IMG/VR virus record: IMGVR_UViG_3300038828_000048
Span: 58,260 to 122,259 of that record
Origin: a virus
Taxonomy: Duplodnaviria > Caudoviricetes
Strand: one strand, 5' to 3'
Length of the DNA: 64,000 nucleotides
The position numbers were made by a program, and so were the translations under genes. Each line of letters starts with the position of its first letter. Positions within the stretch are counted from its first letter, which is position 1. Positions 10,544-21,800 of the stretch are shown here, piece by piece. Below the pieces are notes generated by a model. That model did not search any database, was not told the origin of the DNA, and worked only from the letters and a program-made list of their open reading frames with translations.

Positions 10544-13500
10544 GCAATTTTATAGAAATTTGTTTTGGTTTAGAAAATTGTACAAACATTCGTATAGAAT
10601 GGTTATCCAAAGAAGGTGTACAAGTAGCTTGCGATAAAGATAATTGCATTCGTTTAGCACCAGATCCTTATGCAGATGGAGAAAAATGTATAGAAGGATG
10701 GATACATTGTGATGAATGTAAATCGGGTAATAGCGAACCTATATATTTTAAACGATGTTTTTGTACAACTAAAGCAGATTGCTTAGAATGTGAAGAATGT
10801 AAGAAATATGGGGATTCTAGTATTTGTGAAGGTGTATTAACAGAACAACAAAAACAAGAAGGCAGGTTGTGTAATGGTGATTGCCCACCAGATAAACCAT
10901 ATTTTAATCCTATTGTAGAACGATGTGCTGAGTGCATAGAGGGATCAATTAATCAAGATAATCCATGTTTAATATGTGTTCAAGGATCTTGGACATTAAA
11001 ATGTGAAAATTGTGATAAAACTACAGCAGAATGTAAAGAATGTTTAACAAATACTGATTGTAGTAAAAATACAGATGGAAGAAATTGTTGTGATTCACAA
11101 GGAAAATGCGGATGCTGCCCAGGATTTTATTTCGATTGGAAACAAAATAAATGTATTCTTATAGGTCCATGTGGACCAGATAAAGAATGTGGGGATTGTC
11201 AAGAATGTGTTGAAGTAATTGCTCCTGATGGTACAATTACTTATGATTGTGTACCTATTAAATGTCCTCCAGGAACAAAATGTATTAATGGTAAACAATG
11301 TATTCCTTGGGAATGCGAATCGGTTTCGTGTGATAATGGAGCAGATTGTGGTCCGAATTGCGGATGTGTAACTATAAATGGTGTAAAACAATGTGTACCG
11401 TGTGAAATATTAGAGTGTTTAGGTTTATGTGCAGAAGCATTAGGTTGTAGATGCAATGAAGTAACTGATAAATGTGAAGGTTTACCTGCATGTTCAAACC
11501 CTGATTGTGATGGTTCATCTCCGTGTGATGATCCAAACTGTACTTGTTATAAACAAAGATGTGTAAATTGTGGTAATTTTCCATGTAATGGTGAAGATGG
11601 TGGGTGTACATCTTATGCAAATTGTAAATGCTCTGATTCTAATAATTGCGAAGGTGGTAAGGAATGCAAGGATAAAATAAAACTTACACAAAAAGAAAAT
11701 TGTGATAATGTTAATGGGTGTGAACTCGAAGCTGAATTAGTTTTAGAAAATAAATGTAATTGTGATCAAATAGAATTTAAAACTAGATTGATTGCTAATA
11801 CAAGTCAAACTGTAGATCCGATTCCTGGAATTTCTGCGTTGGTGCTACCTGGGTTTGCATCTATAGAAGTAAAGTTATATAAATACGGGGTAGAATATAG
11901 TAAGTTTAAAGAATCAGATTTATTTGGTGATGATGAACTTGTTACTGGTACTATTAATACTATTATTACATATCAAGTTAAAGATTCTTATGGTAAATGG
12001 ATAAATGTTCCTGAAACATCAAATATTCCTATTAGATCTATAAATGTAAATAATATTGTTCCTATAATCAATATTAGTGAAAATTTGATTATAAAAGCTA
12101 TTGACGGTAAACCAACAAGAGCATTTATAAAAGTTATTGCTCAGAATATCAAAGTGACATCGAATAATTGTATAAGTTACGAATCTAAAGAACTTCGTAC
12201 AATGATGGTTGATTTTTCTTTAACAGCATCTCAAGTACAAACTTTATTACTAGACTATATATCTTTTAACTCAGTATTTTTAAATGATACAGTTAATGAT
12301 AGAAAACCATTATTTATTTGGTATAAATCTATTGATGGAGTTAATAATAAAGTTCAATATAAAAATAATGGAGTTTACGCAAATTCTGGATATTTTAGAA
12401 AAAGATATGTTGATAAAGTAGGTAGTACATATAAAGATACAATTGCTTCTCCTGTTGATGGATTAGTTCCTAATTATATGTATATGACCAAAGTGAATTG
12501 TGGATGTAATCCAAATAACTCAGCACTTACTACTGGTCCATTATTGTTCTGTTGTCCAAAGGAATATAATGTAAAATTTGATAATTGTAATACTAAAGTA
12601 TCTATTGATGCGTTCAATGTTTGTTCGGTAAATGGTAGATTATTAGATCACCAATCTCCTAATTTTATATTCCCTACAGAATGTCAAACAAATTATATAG
12701 TAATTGTAGATAAAGAAAGTAGAACAGAGAAAACAGTTGATTTACGATATGAATCTACAAATAGAGTTAGGAATGTTGAAATAAATTCTCCAACCGATCC
12801 TATCGTTGGTATAAGAATCGCTCAAAAATATAATGGTGGATTGCTTTCTGGTATTCAATGTATAAAGGAGTTTAAACCACCTGTAGTAATATTTCCTTCA
12901 TTAGATTTTAAAATTGATTGTGAATTTAGTACAACTAAAGCAAAAGTTACTGTACAACAAACAAGTGGTGCTGATCTTAGAATATCAGATATAGAATATA
13001 TATCTGGTAATAAAAATACACAAATATCATTGAATGTAGTTACTAATTTAGTTGGAAGCATGTTTGTTACAGAAATTCCAAAACAAGTTAGTAATAAATC
13101 GGTATTTCCATTAAAAGCTCTTGTACGATTTGTTGGAGGATGTATAAAATATTTTGATATTCCTTCATGTGAAGTAAAATTAAATTTAGAAACACAAGGT
13201 AGAACAGTTAGTAATAAACTTTGTCCTATATCTGGTACAGGAGTAGTTATAAAAGCAACACCTGATTTTTTTGATAATTCTCGACCTATTACTTATACTC
13301 TTTCTGGTGGTGATCTTTTACAACCATTGAGTGTTTCAAATACCGATGGATCAGCGTTATTTAACGATTTAGGAGCAGGTACTTATACTGGTATAGCTAC
13401 TCAAGATGATCTTATAGCAACATCGACCATCATAGTAAATAATGCTTCTACACCAAACATTACTATAGCAAATAGTAGTATTTGTCAAGGAGAAACAACT

Positions 13501-15705
13501 TCTATAAATATAGAAGCAATTCCTGGTAGTGCTTTTACAGTATATAATCCATCTGGTTCGATAATTTCATCACCAATAATTCCAAATACTGGAGTATTTA
13601 CTATACCAAACATTTCGCTTTCAGGAGAATATTTAGTAACATTAAATAATAATGTTGATGGTGCTTATTGTTCTCCTTTTAATAAAACTGTTACATTAAG
13701 TATAGGTGGTCAAAATCTAAATCCATCTATAGAGTTTCAAGTTGGTAATTATTGTATAGGAGATTCCATACCATTTAGAATTACAGATGGGGGTGTAGGT
13801 GCTACTTATAGTTTACAAAGTTCATCAGGGATCGTTCCTCCTACATTACAAGCAACATCTCAAGGGTTTAATGGTACATTTATCCCATCAACAAATCCAG
13901 CTTATATATCAATTATTAGTGTAGTAGGTGAATGTAATACATTAGCAACAACTCCTATACAAGCATCTATTTCTGGGTTGCTTCAACAAGTAAATATTAC
14001 AAATATTACTTATCCGTGTAATGGAGATAATAATCATATTGTAAGTTTTACTGCGATAGGAGCAGTATCGGCTATGATAAATAATGAACCTTGTACAAAT
14101 CTGGGATCTGGACAATTTACTAAAATTGTAACTGGATCTGGAGATATAACTATACAAGCAACGAACGGATCGTGTGTTACAACTCAAATTATAACATTAA
14201 ATAGTTGTGAATCTCCTAATTATTCAGCAAGTATAGGAATTTCTGGATCTACTTGTGGACAAGGATCTCAAGATATATTTTATACAGCATACACAGCAGG
14301 TTTAATAGGTTATAATTATCAACTTCAAAAAGAAATTAGTGGAGTTTGGGTTGATGTTTCTGGACAATCTGGTATATTTTCAGCACCACCACCAAATACA
14401 AATAGTTTCACAGTAAATAATACAATAGGTGTTGTAGAAAGTTATAGAGTTAAATTCACACAAGGAGGTAATACTTATTATACAAATAGTGTTGAAACAT
14501 CTTCAATACAACCCCCAAATATTTCTATAATTGGTCAAACTGTAGGAAATACTACATCTACATACACATTTACAGCACAAGGAGGTTTACTTGGAGTAAC
14601 AACTTATTCGTGGTCTGGAGCAGGTGTTAGCGGAAATAATGCAACATCAAATCCTATACAGTTTAATACCCCAGGTGTTTATAATATTGTAGTAAATACT
14701 GATACAAATGGTTGTATAGGTACAGCTTCTCATACTATTACAATAGAACAATCTTGTGCTAATCCTATTACAGCAAGTATATCAGTATCAGGAAACACAG
14801 GTTGTCAAACTTTTAACGCAATTGCATCTGGGGGTTCTGGAACACTCACTTATGAGTGGTTGATTGATAATGTAGTTATACATAATGGTATGACATTTTC
14901 TGGTCAATCAATTAATGTAGGAGATACAGTATTGGTTACTTTACGAGTAAGTGCTCTTAGTTCTGGATGTGCTCCATCCGAAGCATCAATGAATTATACT
15001 AAGTGTGCTGGAGGATGCGATTGTAATTATACAATTTCTGTAGTAGATAGTGTAACTGGTATAGATACAATACTATCGACATTTGAAGTTATTGAATTAT
15101 CAGGAAGACAACAAATTCGACATATTGGTAGAAAAATAGTAACAAAACAATGTTTGGGTGGTGTCCCAGAAATATTATTTGATACCACGGGTAATTATAA
15201 CTATGGTATTACTAAAGTAATTAGTAGAGTTGATTTATTATCTACAGAACCTATTACATCTATTGATATGATTATATCAGGATCTTCGGTTACACAAGCA
15301 ATACCTACATCTTTTGGTGGAGGAAATCCTCAAACATCTCCAGTACATTTAGCGCAATATCTTAATAATATAACATCTTCAAGTATATTTATCGCAACTA
15401 GCAGCTCTGTAGAGTTTACAATATCAAGCGCAAATACTTCTGGTTTCAATACATCTGGTACATACACAAGAGGATCGAGTACATTGAATTTTAGTAGTGG
15501 TGCGAGTGCTACAGCATTTATAACACAAGGATATACTACTGGATGTGGTACTATAATCACAGATAAATTATATCAAAGTTTACTAGGAACTCCTTATACA
15601 GTAACATATAACTCTCTTACTCTTACAGGAACTCCTTCGATTTCATTCTCGAATAATTTGGGAACTCATGCACCAACAAGAACTTGTGTGGGTTGTAATT
15701 CATAA
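10540..15705 (+). CDS. Large virion fibre/spike protein with very Cys-rich N-terminus and Ig/PKD-like repeats
   Basis: 1721 aa; first ~410 aa are CxxC/CxC/CC repeats; C-terminal half has GxY-V-V and YSWSG beta-sandwich signatures. Confidence 0.65.
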   Translation: MSNFIEICFGLENCTNIRIEWLSKEGVQVACDKDNCIRLAPDPYADGEKCIEGWIHCDECKSGNSEPIYFKRCFCTTKADCLECEECKKYGDSSICEGVLTEQQKQEGRLCNGDCPPDKPYFNPIVERCAECIEGSINQDNPCLICVQGSWTLKCENCDKTTAECKECLTNTDCSKNTDGRNCCDSQGKCGCCPGFYFDWKQNKCILIGPCGPDKECGDCQECVEVIAPDGTITYDCVPIKCPPGTKCINGKQCIPWECESVSCDNGADCGPNCGCVTINGVKQCVPCEILECLGLCAEALGCRCNEVTDKCEGLPACSNPDCDGSSPCDDPNCTCYKQRCVNCGNFPCNGEDGGCTSYANCKCSDSNNCEGGKECKDKIKLTQKENCDNVNGCELEAELVLENKCNCDQIEFKTRLIANTSQTVDPIPGISALVLPGFASIEVKLYKYGVEYSKFKESDLFGDDELVTGTINTIITYQVKDSYGKWINVPETSNIPIRSINVNNIVPIINISENLIIKAIDGKPTRAFIKVIAQNIKVTSNNCISYESKELRTMMVDFSLTASQVQTLLLDYISFNSVFLNDTVNDRKPLFIWYKSIDGVNNKVQYKNNGVYANSGYFRKRYVDKVGSTYKDTIASPVDGLVPNYMYMTKVNCGCNPNNSALTTGPLLFCCPKEYNVKFDNCNTKVSIDAFNVCSVNGRLLDHQSPNFIFPTECQTNYIVIVDKESRTEKTVDLRYESTNRVRNVEINSPTDPIVGIRIAQKYNGGLLSGIQCIKEFKPPVVIFPSLDFKIDCEFSTTKAKVTVQQTSGADLRISDIEYISGNKNTQISLNVVTNLVGSMFVTEIPKQVSNKSVFPLKALVRFVGGCIKYFDIPSCEVKLNLETQGRTVSNKLCPISGTGVVIKATPDFFDNSRPITYTLSGGDLLQPLSVSNTDGSALFNDLGAGTYTGIATQDDLIATSTIIVNNASTPNITIANSSICQGETTSINIEAIPGSAFTVYNPSGSIISSPIIPNTGVFTIPNISLSGEYLVTLNNNVDGAYCSPFNKTVTLSIGGQNLNPSIEFQVGNYCIGDSIPFRITDGGVGATYSLQSSSGIVPPTLQATSQGFNGTFIPSTNPAYISIISVVGECNTLATTPIQASISGLLQQVNITNITYPCNGDNNHIVSFTAIGAVSAMINNEPCTNLGSGQFTKIVTGSGDITIQATNGSCVTTQIITLNSCESPNYSASIGISGSTCGQGSQDIFYTAYTAGLIGYNYQLQKEISGVWVDVSGQSGIFSAPPPNTNSFTVNNTIGVVESYRVKFTQGGNTYYTNSVETSSIQPPNISIIGQTVGNTTSTYTFTAQGGLLGVTTYSWSGAGVSGNNATSNPIQFNTPGVYNIVVNTDTNGCIGTASHTITIEQSCANPITASISVSGNTGCQTFNAIASGGSGTLTYEWLIDNVVIHNGMTFSGQSINVGDTVLVTLRVSALSSGCAPSEASMNYTKCAGGCDCNYTISVVDSVTGIDTILSTFEVIELSGRQQIRHIGRKIVTKQCLGGVPEILFDTTGNYNYGITKVISRVDLLSTEPITSIDMIISGSSVTQAIPTSFGGGNPQTSPVHLAQYLNNITSSSIFIATSSSVEFTISSANTSGFNTSGTYTRGSSTLNFSSGASATAFITQGYTTGCGTIITDKLYQSLLGTPYTVTYNSLTLTGTPSISFSNNLGTHAPTRTCVGCNS

Positions 15706-15752
15706 TAATAAAAGTAAGCGATGGTTTTCATTTTTTCATGAGTTTTGAGTTT

Positions 15753-15779
15753 AGGAGATGAGAAATTATCTCCTTTCTT
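15753..15779 (+). terminator. Rho-independent terminator
   Basis: AGGAGATGA-GAAA-TTATCTCCT stem-loop followed by TTCTT. Confidence 0.6.
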
Positions 15780-15804
15780 AAATAAAAAAAAACATTAAGT
15801 TAAT

Positions 15805-16260
15805 ATGGATATTAGTAAGTTAAGAATAGCGGATGAATCAACAAATTTAGTATCAAAATCAAATGAGCTAAAAATTGATTTCCAACCAAATAGAATTAAA
15901 TTTAATTTGATGGAAATTATTCCTACAAATGCTATATTAAAAAAATATAATATATCTTTATTAGATCCTAATAAAGGAAACAGGATTGTAGATATAGGAT
16001 TAAAAATTAATACTGATGTATTTCTGGATGATGTTTATAGCTCTCTTACTTTAAAAGGTAATCTGCTTTATGAATATAAAGATGAAACTTACGAGATTAA
16101 TATAAATAATAAAATCAACGCTCTTGAAGAAAATAAAATAATAAATAATGTAAAACATCTATCATCTGTTATTTTAAATTCTGATGAAGATGTGATCAAT
16201 TATTTATTGGATAAAATTTCTAGTTTAGAAACTAGAATTATAGCGTTAGAATTAAGATAA
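15805..16260 (+). CDS. Hypothetical protein with C-terminal coiled coil
   Basis: 151 aa; ends ISSLETRIIALE. Confidence 0.6.
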   Translation: MDISKLRIADESTNLVSKSNELKIDFQPNRIKFNLMEIIPTNAILKKYNISLLDPNKGNRIVDIGLKINTDVFLDDVYSSLTLKGNLLYEYKDETYEININNKINALEENKIINNVKHLSSVILNSDEDVINYLLDKISSLETRIIALELR

Positions 16261-16277
16261 TTAAGATAATTAAGATA

Positions 16278-17003
16278 ATGAGTAACCATAATCATTACGA
16301 AACAGTTGGTAAAGTTATTTTTTCTGTAAAAGAGCAAACAGACGCTCATTTACTATCTGATGATACTGGGTTTTCTGATGAACAAATTTATTATTATCTT
16401 TTACAATGTAGAAGTTTATTTTTATATAGAAAGTATAGAACATATAGAGATGTTAGTCAAAAAGATTATATGACTACACCTTGTATGAATCTCATTGATG
16501 CTGATAATCAATGTCCATGTAAACCACCAACTGGGTGCGAAATACTAATGACAGAGTTATATCTACCTAATATGATAGGAAATATTATTTCTGTAACAAA
16601 TCCTGATGGTACAAAGGAATATACTCCTACGGAATCAAATTTATCGAAATATAGAAAAGATTCAAGAATCAAAAAATTCGCTGATAAAACATCATATTTT
16701 CAACTATCCAATAACAAAGGTACAAAATTGTATATAATATCAGATAAACCCTTAAAAGCAATCAAAGTAACTCTAATACCTCAGTATCCAGAAGAAATAC
16801 AAAGGATGCCTGATTGTAAAGGAGATAATATAAACGAATGTGTAGCTACTTATGATTTAGAATGGATTTTAGATCCTGATTTAACAAAAGCATGTATTGA
16901 TGAAACAATTAATATATTACTTAGAACAAAAAGCAAACTTGCTGATGTTAAAAATAATGGTGTAGATGATAATATCGCTAATAAACAAGAAATAAATGTT
17001 TGA
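16278..17003 (+). CDS. Tail ring / tubular protein (crAss-like)
   Basis: 241 aa; SDDTGFSDEQI..R, C-terminal D..NN..D; synteny before IHF-like, ring and muzzle genes. Confidence 0.6.
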   Translation: MSNHNHYETVGKVIFSVKEQTDAHLLSDDTGFSDEQIYYYLLQCRSLFLYRKYRTYRDVSQKDYMTTPCMNLIDADNQCPCKPPTGCEILMTELYLPNMIGNIISVTNPDGTKEYTPTESNLSKYRKDSRIKKFADKTSYFQLSNNKGTKLYIISDKPLKAIKVTLIPQYPEEIQRMPDCKGDNINECVATYDLEWILDPDLTKACIDETINILLRTKSKLADVKNNGVDDNIANKQEINV

Positions 17004-17559
17004 TTTAGGGAGTGAACTCGATAAAACGATTTTTAAGAAAAATAAAATATCTACTCCAATAAGTAGAGATCATTCTAATGGATATAATCGAAAATTTAAG
17101 GCATTAGATAATAAAAAGAATAAATTTAATAATCACAAAATACTACGATTTGAAGCTTATAAATTATATAGAGAAAAGGAATTACCGAATGATACACACA
17201 TAAACTATATATCATTTGCTAAAGTATTAATTTATTTGTTTACAGAAATAGCTAAACAAGTTATACTTAATAAAAAAGCATGGAACATTAATCGTATTGG
17301 TATTATTCGTTTTTCATCAATATATGTTAAGAAAAATGAAAATATAATCATTAATAATAGTCCTGAAACAGGTAAAGCTAAAATGGATATGGTCAAAGTG
17401 TTTGGAAAAATTAAATATTATAAATCTTCTAATTTATATCTTAGAAGATTTAGTTTTTTAGTATCAAAAAAGATTAAACTCATGTTTCAAAAAGATCTAA
17501 GGGAATATAGTAAGAGTTATACACATAAACGATTTACAGAACTAAAAACATACATATAG
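16996..17559 (+). CDS. IHF/HU-like basic protein
   Basis: Very basic; F.KVL..LF.EI...VI....W.I.RIG.I; same position as the crAss-like IHF gene between ring genes. Confidence 0.45.
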   Translation: MFDLGSELDKTIFKKNKISTPISRDHSNGYNRKFKALDNKKNKFNNHKILRFEAYKLYREKELPNDTHINYISFAKVLIYLFTEIAKQVILNKKAWNINRIGIIRFSSIYVKKNENIIINNSPETGKAKMDMVKVFGKIKYYKSSNLYLRRFSFLVSKKIKLMFQKDLREYSKSYTHKRFTELKTYI

Positions 17560-17583
17560 CAATTATTAATCAAATATTAATTG

Positions 17584-17591
17584 TACTTTTG
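17584..17591 (+). promoter_or_regulatory. Bacteroidetes -7 promoter element
   Basis: TACTTTTG (TAnnTTTG) 20 nt before ATG 17611; no clear -33. Confidence 0.4.
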
Positions 17592-17610
17592 TAGAATAAA
17601 ATAATGCTTT

Positions 17611-18819
17611 ATGAGTTATAGTGGACAAATTTCAATTAAAAATATCATCCAGGATTATATAAATAAATCTGGACATAAAGGTAATTTGAATGAAGAATAT
17701 GTATATATAGCAGCAGAAGAAGCATTAGATCAAATAATAACAGGAAATGGTTATTTCGAGTATATAATATTATTAAATCTTTATAATCAAAAAGCTGAAT
17801 TACCAGCAAATTTTAAATATCCAACTCAAGTAGCATATAGACCACCATACAATATAGAAACACCTGCTAATGATTTAAAAAGATACTTCATTAGTACTAT
17901 AAATAATAATTATGTCGAAAATGTTTGTTTAGATGCTTGTACATCTTGTAAACAAACAAAATGTTGTTGCGAAACAAAAGAATGGTATCCTATTGAAACA
18001 ACAGATACTTATGTAAAACTTGTTAAAGAACCAATGTTAGCAACAGGGTATTCAAAATTTCTCTATGGTGTACAAAACGAATATTCAAACAATAAAACTA
18101 GTTTTTTATCAGAACTTCCACATAATAAAAGTAACTTAGAAAAAAATATTGTTCGACATCATATTATTCCTAGTTTTACTAGATCACAAAAATGTCCAGA
18201 GTTTCAAGTTGTTAGACCAAGATCAAATTACTTTTTTAATCTTCCAAACGAATTAAAATATTGCAATCTTCCTAGTTATGATACGAATTTAGAGTATTCT
18301 ATAGATAATAGAATCATTCAATTGAACAATTATGATTATAGATGTAATAAATGTAATTCTTGTAAAAATAGAAATGGTTCTTGTGAAACAAATCTCCCTA
18401 TGGAACGTCATGGTGAACTTTTGATATCATATATGGGTCATAAAGTTGATGAAGAAGGGTTTAGAATGATTCCTGATGAATTATATGTAATTAAAGCTGT
18501 TACAGATTATATTATATCATATATAGCTTTTATAGATTATTCTATCAAAAGAGATCAATCGTCTGAAAGATATTGGATGAATGTAAAAATGGTAGCTGAG
18601 AAATCGATTATACAAGCAAGAAGTAGATATAGAATACCTCCACCTGATAAAATGGATTTATTCTTTCAAAATATTTGGTCTAAAAAATCACAATATAATT
18701 CTAGTTCAGATCAATTAAATAGGTTTTTACCAGAGTTAGAAGGGAGATTGGTTGGATCTCATTATACAGAACAAGATTATAATAATTATTCTTCCATGTT
18801 TCATAATCATACACATTAA
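17611..18819 (+). CDS. Tail ring / tubular protein (crAss-like) with Cys-rich insertions
   Basis: LISYxGxxVDEEGFxMIPD and KAVTDYI motifs; Cys clusters. Confidence 0.7.
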   Translation: MSYSGQISIKNIIQDYINKSGHKGNLNEEYVYIAAEEALDQIITGNGYFEYIILLNLYNQKAELPANFKYPTQVAYRPPYNIETPANDLKRYFISTINNNYVENVCLDACTSCKQTKCCCETKEWYPIETTDTYVKLVKEPMLATGYSKFLYGVQNEYSNNKTSFLSELPHNKSNLEKNIVRHHIIPSFTRSQKCPEFQVVRPRSNYFFNLPNELKYCNLPSYDTNLEYSIDNRIIQLNNYDYRCNKCNSCKNRNGSCETNLPMERHGELLISYMGHKVDEEGFRMIPDELYVIKAVTDYIISYIAFIDYSIKRDQSSERYWMNVKMVAEKSIIQARSRYRIPPPDKMDLFFQNIWSKKSQYNSSSDQLNRFLPELEGRLVGSHYTEQDYNNYSSMFHNHTH

Positions 18820-18821
18820 TA

Positions 18822-21800
18822 ATGGATGATAAACCGATAATATCGATATTTAATAAAGGAATGCATATGGATGCACAATATTCAGTGCAACCAGAAGGTA
18901 CATATCCTATAGGAATGAATATTATTAATAGAGATGAGTATCAAAGTTCTTTTAAATCCAATGAACATGGTACGATTAAGCTAGAAGAATTTCCTGATGT
19001 TATAGGAGATGTATTCATGAAAGATCTAAACGAAACTACTTTTATAACCAAAGATGGAAGTATTAAGATTTTTAACTATGATCAGAATAAAAAAATAGAT
19101 GTAGCATCTTTCGCAGAATTTGGATGTCCAATGGAAGTCAAAGATTGCGAGTATATTAATGTAAGATATACTAAAAAAGGTTGTGATTCTTATTTACACT
19201 GGTCTAGTAATAATATATATTATTGGGTAAATTTATCTGAATTAAGAGATCCTAAAAGAAAAGAATCTTTAATAAAAAAACTTAATGGGGGTGATTGCAA
19301 AGATTGCAATACTGGATGTGATTATTTTAAAATATTTAGACCAAAAAACGAACCTAAATCTAAATTAGATTCACATCAATATGGAGGTAGTTTACCAGCA
19401 GGTACTTATGTAACTGTTCCACGATTAATTAATGAAGATAAAACTTATACTAATTGGGGAGTACCTAGTAGAACAGTTCATGTGGGATCCGAACATAATA
19501 TACCTGGAGAAGAATCTACTGGTAGATTAAGTATTACTTATGATAATTTGGATTGTAATTATAGTAAAATAGAAATTGTTGTAATATATTACAATGGTTC
19601 TACAATTACAGCAAGATCAAATGAATACTATTATAGCAAAGATTCCTTTACTGTTGAATATCATCAATTACAAGGTACTGATATTCTTATAGATGAAATA
19701 TTAATAAAATCACAAGTGAATCTTGAAGGATCTGATTTATTTAACTATGATGGTATGATGTATTATTTTGGTATTAAACCAAGAAAAGAATATAACATAC
19801 AAAAAATTGCATCTAAAGTAACTGTAAAATGGATAGCTGAAAAATATACTTTAGAAGATGCAAAACGATATAACATAAAAACACTACCTTATGGAGAATC
19901 AATTGCGTTAGGTTTAGTTATTAATCATGATGATGGATCACATTCTTATGTGGGTCATATACCTTGTGGTGGAGCTGGATCATCTTCATTATCAATAGAC
20001 TTAGGTTCTAGTACTTCAAATAATAGTTTAACTGGGAATACTGGATCGGGTGGTAAAAGTTTAGATATTAATTCATCATCTGGATCAACAGGTACAGGTA
20101 GTGGATCTGGTTCAGGATCAACTGGATCTGCATTAGGTAATATTTCAATTCAAAAACAAGGTGAGTATAAGAGAACTAGAACTGCTATACCAGATACACC
20201 TAGCGACTTGAGTAACAATGATGAGTTAATAGATATTGAAAAACAATTAATTGAATCTTATACTACAGATGTATTAGATTTAGTTAATGTTATTAGACCA
20301 GCTTGTAGTTGTCAAGGATATACTCCACCAGATCCACCTATAGAAGGATGTTGTCCACCACCACCAGATGAATTAAATCAATTCTGTAATGTTTGTAATG
20401 GACACAAAGATGCAGATTTAGTTTTAAAAGATATTCAAACTGCTGAAAAAATAGGTGTTAAATGGTTATCTATCTTAGGAGATTATATTGGTAGAGATGG
20501 TAAAACTGATTTAAAATTAGATTTCAAACCAAATACTATAAAAGAAGTTGCTCTTGATATTATTGATGCTATCAAAAAGAGAGAACGAGTAATTATAGAA
20601 AAAACTATATATAAAGTTACAAAAAATGTTAGTTATGGTGGTGGTAGTAACTCATCATCTATTAATTCTTTAACTGGTTTCGCACCAACATCTAATCCGC
20701 AAACCCCAAGTTATCCAAACGGTATTATAGTTGCAACTGGTAGTACTAAATGTAAAGTAGAATCTAGAGAATATCCTTGTATTAGAGATTGTTATGGTAA
20801 TCCTATATATGAAGGATTAACTGGTTCTAAAATACGACATCATAAATTACCTGATGAAACAGAATTAACATTTTTTGAATCTAAAAGTATAGGTGTTCCA
20901 TCTATTGCTACTCCTGATGCAGATGAATATGCAGATCATTATGGAGTATATTTAGGATTAATATTTGAGAATATTATTATCGATTACGATGATTATTATA
21001 AAGTAACTGGTAAAAAGGTTAGTAAAACTAAACCTTTTAATATCGTTCAAGCAGAGTTGAATTATAGTAATAAAACTATTCTTACTAAAGGGTTGATGTT
21101 ATCCAATTATGTATCATCAAATCAAGGTAAAGAGTATGATTATCAACCTCACGCAGTTAATTCTATGGAACGTGTTAACAAATACATAGATATCAATGAT
21201 TCTAGATGGGATCCAGGTGCAGGTCCTAGTAATACTGTTTGTATGTATTCATTAGATCAACAAGTATTACAACCATCTATCGCAGGAGCTACTAAGCTCA
21301 AAATACTTGGGAGAATGACTGGTAATGGTTTTAGACATTACTTATATACAAAAGGTAAAAAAGTTGATAATGCTACATTCGGTAGGAGAATAGATAGAGC
21401 TGGATGTGTATCAGCAACTAATCTTTCAACATTTTCTGCAAAATCTGCTGATTACGATGTTACATTTTATAAATATATAAAAGGTGGTTTAGATTCTGTA
21501 GAAGCACCTGGACCAGGAGCAACTCGACCATTAATGAATAAATATGGTCAAGATTGTTTATGGATAGGATTAAATTCATCTTATTCTGTAAAAGATGATT
21601 CTTTTGTAGGAGATGTATTAGATCATAAAGCTCCTTTATATGCTGAAGGTGATTATGCTGTTTTATATAGAGATCTTCCTGATCAATATGGTTCGCTTGA
21701 AACTATAAACTATATTCCTATATTGGAAGCTGATGGAGATGTTACTACAGCAAAAGGATTAGTTGGTGATAGATTTATATCACCATATAGTTATATTAAA

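Noticed and set aside
4115-15705. Diversity-generating retroelement or invertible fibre system
   Set aside because: No reverse transcriptase, invertase or TR/VR repeat pair seen in this window.
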